39,069 nucleotides of DNA from a virus. Lineage: Duplodnaviria; Caudoviricetes. This document shows, one piece after another, positions 34,899 through 39,069 of the stretch. Below the pieces are notes generated by a model, which worked only from the letters and a program-made list of their open reading frames with translations, was not told where the DNA came from and ran no database searches. The stretch covers positions 1-39,069 of IMG/VR virus record IMGVR_UViG_3300020151_000582; one strand, written 5' to 3'. Within the stretch, counting starts at the first letter, position 1, and the number at the start of each line of letters is the position of its first letter. The position numbers and the translations under genes are program-made.

Positions 34899-36533
34899 AT
34901 GCCAGTACCAATTCTACAATTTAAAAGGGGTGGATACAGTTCTCTTCCAGCACTAAGATCTGGTGAACCTGGATTTACTACAGATAAATATGATCTTTTT
35001 ATTGGATTAACTAGTACAACAAACGGAAATAAATTTTTTGGTTCTCATAGATACTGGACCAGAGAAAATGGATCTGTTTCATTAAGTTTAAATCTGGTTG
35101 ACAAAGATGGTGCAAATTATATTTCAGTAAAATCACCAAATACTCTTGCTGGTGTTGTAACATATACTCTTCCTGGAACTCAGGGTGGTATTCAATCTAT
35201 TCTCACCAATGATGGATTGGGAAATTTATATTGGGGAAATGGATTTTTAAATGCACTATTTACAGGAATAACTACTGTATCTGGATCATTAGGATTAACG
35301 TCAACAACAGATTCTACAAGTAAGGATACTGGCGCATTAGTTGTAGATGGTGGTGTTGGTATTGAGAAAAATTTAAATGTAGGTGCAGATTTTAAAGTAA
35401 CGGGAGTATCGTCTTTTGTATCTCCGGTTAGATTAGATTCGCAGATAAGAGTTGCTGGTATATCCACATTTGTATTAGATAGTGAATTTAATAAAAATGT
35501 AAGGGTTTCTGGAATTACAACTCTCACTACAATGAGAGTAACTGGAATTTCAACATTAATGGGTGATGTTGAAATTAATAATAATTTAAATGTTTCTGGT
35601 GTAACAACTCTTACTAACAGTGTAAGAATTGAAGATGAATTAAGAGTTGTTGGAGTATCAACATTTTTAGATCATTCAATGTTTGGTGGTGATTTAAGAG
35701 TTGCTGGTATCTCAACTTTAGTTGGTGATGTGCGTTTAGATAATAATTTAAACGTTTCTGGTGTAACAACTCTCACTAATAGCGTAAGAATTGAAGATGA
35801 ATTGAGAGTTGTTGGGGTATCAACATTTTTAACACACACTATGGTTGGTGGTGACTTAAAAGTTGCTGGTATCTCAACTTTAGTTGGTGATGTACGTTTA
35901 GATAGTAATTTAAACGTTTCTGGAGTATCAACATTAGTCAATAGTGTTCGCATTGAAGATGAATTAAGAGTTGCTGGAGTATCAACTTTCCAATTAGATG
36001 CGGAATTTAATCAAAATCTTAAAGTTGTTGGTGTTACAACCATTTTAGATTTTACATTTAGAAGTGGTATTATCACAGGACCATCTGCAATTGTAATTGA
36101 CCCAGCAGGAATTGGTACAAATACAGGATCAGTTAGAATTAAAGGAGACCTTTATGTTGATGGTGAAACAACTTCAGTAAATTCAACAACATTAAAAGTA
36201 AAAGATAATTTAATTGAAGCAGGACTGATTGATAATGGTTCTGGAATTTTAATTCCCCCATCATCAGATTCTAATGTTGATCTTGGATTTGTAATGCATT
36301 ATTATGATACAAGTGCAAAAAAAGCAGCACTTTATTGGGATGATTCGGTACAAAGAATTGGAATTGCATCAAATGTAACTGAATCTGTTAATATTTTATC
36401 TACTGTTTCATGGGCAGAAGTAGAAATGGGTGCATTATGGTTTAATGATTGTGCTGGACAATCCAAATCAGTCACTTGTATTAGTGGTGAAAGAAGATTA
36501 GAAAATATAACAATTGATGGTGGAAGTTATTGA
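34899..36533 (+). CDS. Tail fibre-like protein with 18-aa beta repeats, 544 aa
   Basis: N-terminal LQFKRG....LP.L..GEPGFTTD...LFIG (Mtd-N-like), TGALVVDGGVGI.KNL.VG, L.V.G.ST repeats, C-terminal IDGGSY. Confidence 0.8.
   Translation: MPVPILQFKRGGYSSLPALRSGEPGFTTDKYDLFIGLTSTTNGNKFFGSHRYWTRENGSVSLSLNLVDKDGANYISVKSPNTLAGVVTYTLPGTQGGIQSILTNDGLGNLYWGNGFLNALFTGITTVSGSLGLTSTTDSTSKDTGALVVDGGVGIEKNLNVGADFKVTGVSSFVSPVRLDSQIRVAGISTFVLDSEFNKNVRVSGITTLTTMRVTGISTLMGDVEINNNLNVSGVTTLTNSVRIEDELRVVGVSTFLDHSMFGGDLRVAGISTLVGDVRLDNNLNVSGVTTLTNSVRIEDELRVVGVSTFLTHTMVGGDLKVAGISTLVGDVRLDSNLNVSGVSTLVNSVRIEDELRVAGVSTFQLDAEFNQNLKVVGVTTILDFTFRSGIITGPSAIVIDPAGIGTNTGSVRIKGDLYVDGETTSVNSTTLKVKDNLIEAGLIDNGSGILIPPSSDSNVDLGFVMHYYDTSAKKAALYWDDSVQRIGIASNVTESVNILSTVSWAEVEMGALWFNDCAGQSKSVTCISGERRLENITIDGGSY
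35580..35990 (+). repeat. 162-bp (54-aa) tandem repeat, about 2.5 copies
   Basis: Units start at 35580, 35742 and 35904 (NNLNVSGVTTLTNSVRIEDELRV.GVSTFL....GGDL.VAGISTLVGDVRLD). Confidence 0.9.
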
Positions 36534-36542
36534 GTTTTTACT

Positions 36543-36606
36543 TAAATAAATAGATAAAACCGGTCCAGTGCCCCTACGGGTATCGCTGTAAATACAGATA
36601 TGAGGT
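36543..36606 (+). promoter_or_regulatory. Late promoter plus structured 5' leader and RBS
   Basis: TAAATAAATA 36543-36552; hairpins GTGCCC-CTAC-GGGTAT (36568-36583) and CTGT-AAAT-ACAG (36586-36597); GAGGT 36602-36606. Confidence 0.6.
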
Positions 36607-36609
36607 TAG

Positions 36610-39069
36610 ATGGCAGATCCAATCATTAGACTAAAAAGGTCTTCAACACCAGGCAAAATTCCTCTCACTTCAGACCTGCAGTTGGGGGAATTAGCGGTAA
36701 ATACACATGATGGTAAAGCGTACCTAAAAAAGGATGTAGGTGGTGTAGAAACTGTTGTAAACCTAGGTGGAGGATACCCAGGTCAAACATACTACGTTAC
36801 CAAAACTGGTCTAGACACTAACGACGGCCAAAATATATCTGCAGCATTTGCCACGTTAAAAAAAGCATTAACTGTAGCGATTTCTGGAGATACTATTCAG
36901 GTTTCTTCGGGAACTTTTACTGAAATTTTCCCGTTAACTGTACCACAAGGGGTTACTGTACGCGGAAATGGTTTAAGATCAACATTTATTCAACCAACTT
37001 CTGGTACAGAAAGAAATGACGCATTTCTCTTAAATGGAGAAAGCACAATTGAAGATCTGGCATTGGGGAATTTTTATTATAATTCTTCATCTGATACTGG
37101 ATATGGATTTAAATTTGCTCCTAATATGGTTACAACCACTAGGAGCCCTTATGTTCAAAGGATTACTGTACTTAATAGGGGGTCAACACAAACTCCGACT
37201 GACCCATATGGATTTGATACTGTAGATAATTACCCAACAGCAAAAGTTGCTGGTAGAGGTGTTTTAATAGATGCTAGTGTCGTTCAATCAACAACACTAG
37301 AACCAGCAATGCTGTTTAATGAGTGTACTTTTATCACTCCAAACCAGACTGCCCTGAAGATGACCAACGGGGCAAGGACTGAATGGGTAAACTGTTTCAC
37401 ATATTTTTCTAGTGTTGGTATTGAAGGTGTTTCTGGTAATGTTGGTGTTGCAAGCACCGCAAATGTACAATTAAGACTTTCTGGAATTACAACATCAATC
37501 TCTCCAAATTATGTTGTAAAATACTATCAAGATGGAACTCCAGTTGCTATTGGAACTGTTGTTTCTGTTGAAAATAATTATGTAACAATTTTGGGTAAAG
37601 GTTCTGGCATCTTTAATTCAGTTGGTATTGGATCAACACAAGATGTCAGAATTTTCCAATCTAATGGAACTACTCAAGTAGGTACTGCAAACACTATTCT
37701 TTGGGCAGATTACCAAAAGTTTGGTGCAGATATGAGATCCATTGGATCTGCAACAAACTTTGGTACAGTTGGTGTACGTGGTGATGGTAAAGGAGTACAA
37801 TTAAGACTTTTCGGATTTAATTTTGGTTGTGTTGGATCTGGAAAAACATTTACTCAAGACCCAACTTTAACTTTACCAGAAAATGAAGCAATTCAATTAA
37901 ATGATGGTAGGGTATATTTTCAATCCGTAGATCAAGCTGGTAATTTTAGAATTGGATCAATTTTTAGAATTGATCAAGAAACTGGTCTAGTTTCTATTGC
38001 AAGTACAAGTGATATTACATTTACTGGAACCTTAACAGCAAGTCATCTTGAAGTTATTGGTATATCTACATTTTATGATCCAATAAGACATTATAATTCC
38101 GATTTTGTAACAGATCAAATTGAATACAATTTGATCAATAATACTGCAAATGTAGTAAATTTTGCGGGAGATGCTACAAGTATAGTTATTGGTTCAACAA
38201 GTGGTGTATCTACCGTAAGAAACTATAGAGTTAATTTAAGTGGTGGTCAAGATTCACATTCAACAACAAATGGAACCTTAGTAGTTAATGGTGGAGTTGG
38301 AATTAGTAGTAACTTAAATGTAGGAAAAGATTTTAAGGTTTCTGGTGTTTCTACATTTGTATCACCAGTTAGATTAGATTCTTCAATTAGAGTTGCTGGA
38401 GTATCTACATTTATTTCAGACTCAATGTTTAGTGCTAACCTGTTAGCATCTGGAATAGCAACTGTAGGAAACTTTAGAGTAACTGGTGTATCAACATTAA
38501 CTGGTGATACCAATTTAACCAACAACTTAAATGTTGGTGGAATTACTACAACATCAACATTTAGAGTAACTGGTATTTCAACACTAACTGGAGATACCGA
38601 GTTTACTAATAATATTAGAGTATCTGGTATTGCTACAATTGGAAATTTAAGAGTTACTGGTTTTTCAACCTTAACTGATAGTGCTCAATTTGGAAAGGAT
38701 GTTCTTGTATCTGGAATTACAACATTAACCACATTAAGAATTACTGGTATTTCAACTCTTAGTGGTGATGTAGAGTTAGGAAATAACTTAAGAGTTACTG
38801 GTGTTTCTACATTTAATAATCCATCAATGATAAACAGTAACTTAAATGTTACTGGAATTACAACAACAGCAACATTTAGAGTAACTGGAATTTCAACATT
38901 AACTGGTGACACTGAGTTTACCAATAATATTAGAGTATCTGGAATTGGTACAATTAATAATTTAAGAGTTACTGGTGTATCAACATTAACTGGTGATGTA
39001 AATTTAACCAATAATTTAAATACTCTAGGAATAACAACAACTGGAAGCTTTAGAGTAACTGGTGTATCA
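36610..39069 (+). CDS. Long tail fibre/spike-like protein, 3'-truncated (at least 820 aa; MADPIIRLKRSSTPGKIPLTSDLQLGELAVNTHDGKAYLKK...)
   Basis: Absent from the ORF track because there is no stop in the window. Manual reading gives an Mtd-N-like N-terminus, a beta-helix/pectin-lyase-like entry motif (YYVTKTG.D.NDG.....AFATLKKAL..A.SGDTIQV..G.F.E.FPL.VP.GV...G), then V.G.ST repeats to the window end. Confidence 0.85.
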   Translation, partial: MADPIIRLKRSSTPGKIPLTSDLQLGELAVNTHDGKAYLKKDVGGVETVVNLGGGYPGQTYYVTKTGLDTNDGQNISAAFATLKKALTVAISGDTIQVSSGTFTEIFPLTVPQGVTVRGNGLRSTFIQPTSGTERNDAFLLNGESTIEDLALGNFYYNSSSDTGYGFKFAPNMVTTTRSPYVQRITVLNRGSTQTPTDPYGFDTVDNYPTAKVAGRGVLIDASVVQSTTLEPAMLFNECTFITPNQTALKMTNGARTEWVNCFTYFSSVGIEGVSGNVGVASTANVQLRLSGITTSISPNYVVKYYQDGTPVAIGTVVSVENNYVTILGKGSGIFNSVGIGSTQDVRIFQSNGTTQVGTANTILWADYQKFGADMRSIGSATNFGTVGVRGDGKGVQLRLFGFNFGCVGSGKTFTQDPTLTLPENEAIQLNDGRVYFQSVDQAGNFRIGSIFRIDQETGLVSIASTSDITFTGTLTASHLEVIGISTFYDPIRHYNSDFVTDQIEYNLINNTANVVNFAGDATSIVIGSTSGVSTVRNYRVNLSGGQDSHSTTNGTLVVNGGVGISSNLNVGKDFKVSGVSTFVSPVRLDSSIRVAGVSTFISDSMFSANLLASGIATVGNFRVTGVSTLTGDTNLTNNLNVGGITTTSTFRVTGISTLTGDTEFTNNIRVSGIATIGNLRVTGFSTLTDSAQFGKDVLVSGITTLTTLRITGISTLSGDVELGNNLRVTGVSTFNNPSMINSNLNVTGITTTATFRVTGISTLTGDTEFTNNIRVSGIGTINNLRVTGVSTLTGDVNLTNNLNTLGITTTGSFRVTGVS
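38440..39069 (+). repeat. Degenerate 11/18-aa fibre repeats with a near-duplicated block
   Basis: TFRVTGISTLTGDTEFTNNIRVSGI occurs at 38557 and 38872, 315 bp apart. Confidence 0.8.

Noticed and set aside
212-39011. All minus-strand ORFs in the track, plus nested + strand ORFs 267..455, 32178..32375 and 37034..37225
   Set aside because: They are shadows of well-supported + strand genes, with no recognisable motifs.
34440-39069. Diversity-generating retroelement TR/VR pair, suggested by Mtd-N-like termini and duplicated segments
   Set aside because: Differences between copies are not confined to adenines, both copies are coding, and no reverse transcriptase is in the window.

Overview
This window is part of a T4-like cyanomyovirus (Kyanoviridae-type) genome, with all credible genes on the + strand. 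It has three zones. (1) About 1-2000: a visibly GC-richer array of very small early-type ORFs separated by G-run/C-run stem-loops, several followed by sigma70-like -10 boxes, ending in a structured non-coding tract at about 1836-2040. (2) About 2000-5700: small cyanophage-type ORFs, a GT-A-fold glycosyltransferase-like gene, a small basic protein, and an AT-rich two-gene insert (DUF1415-like protein plus an AGAT/StrB1-family amidinotransferase). (3) 5734 to the end: the late virion module gp25-gp6-gp7 (3714 aa)-gp8-VrlC-like (2676 aa)-two small ORFs (one NblA-like)-gp13-gp14 (with a LamG-like insertion)-gp15-gp16, then adaptor and repeat-rich tail-fibre-like genes, the last running off the window. 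T4-type late promoter motifs (TAAATA) precede several late genes. Family calls come from motif recognition and gene order by eye; no database search was run.
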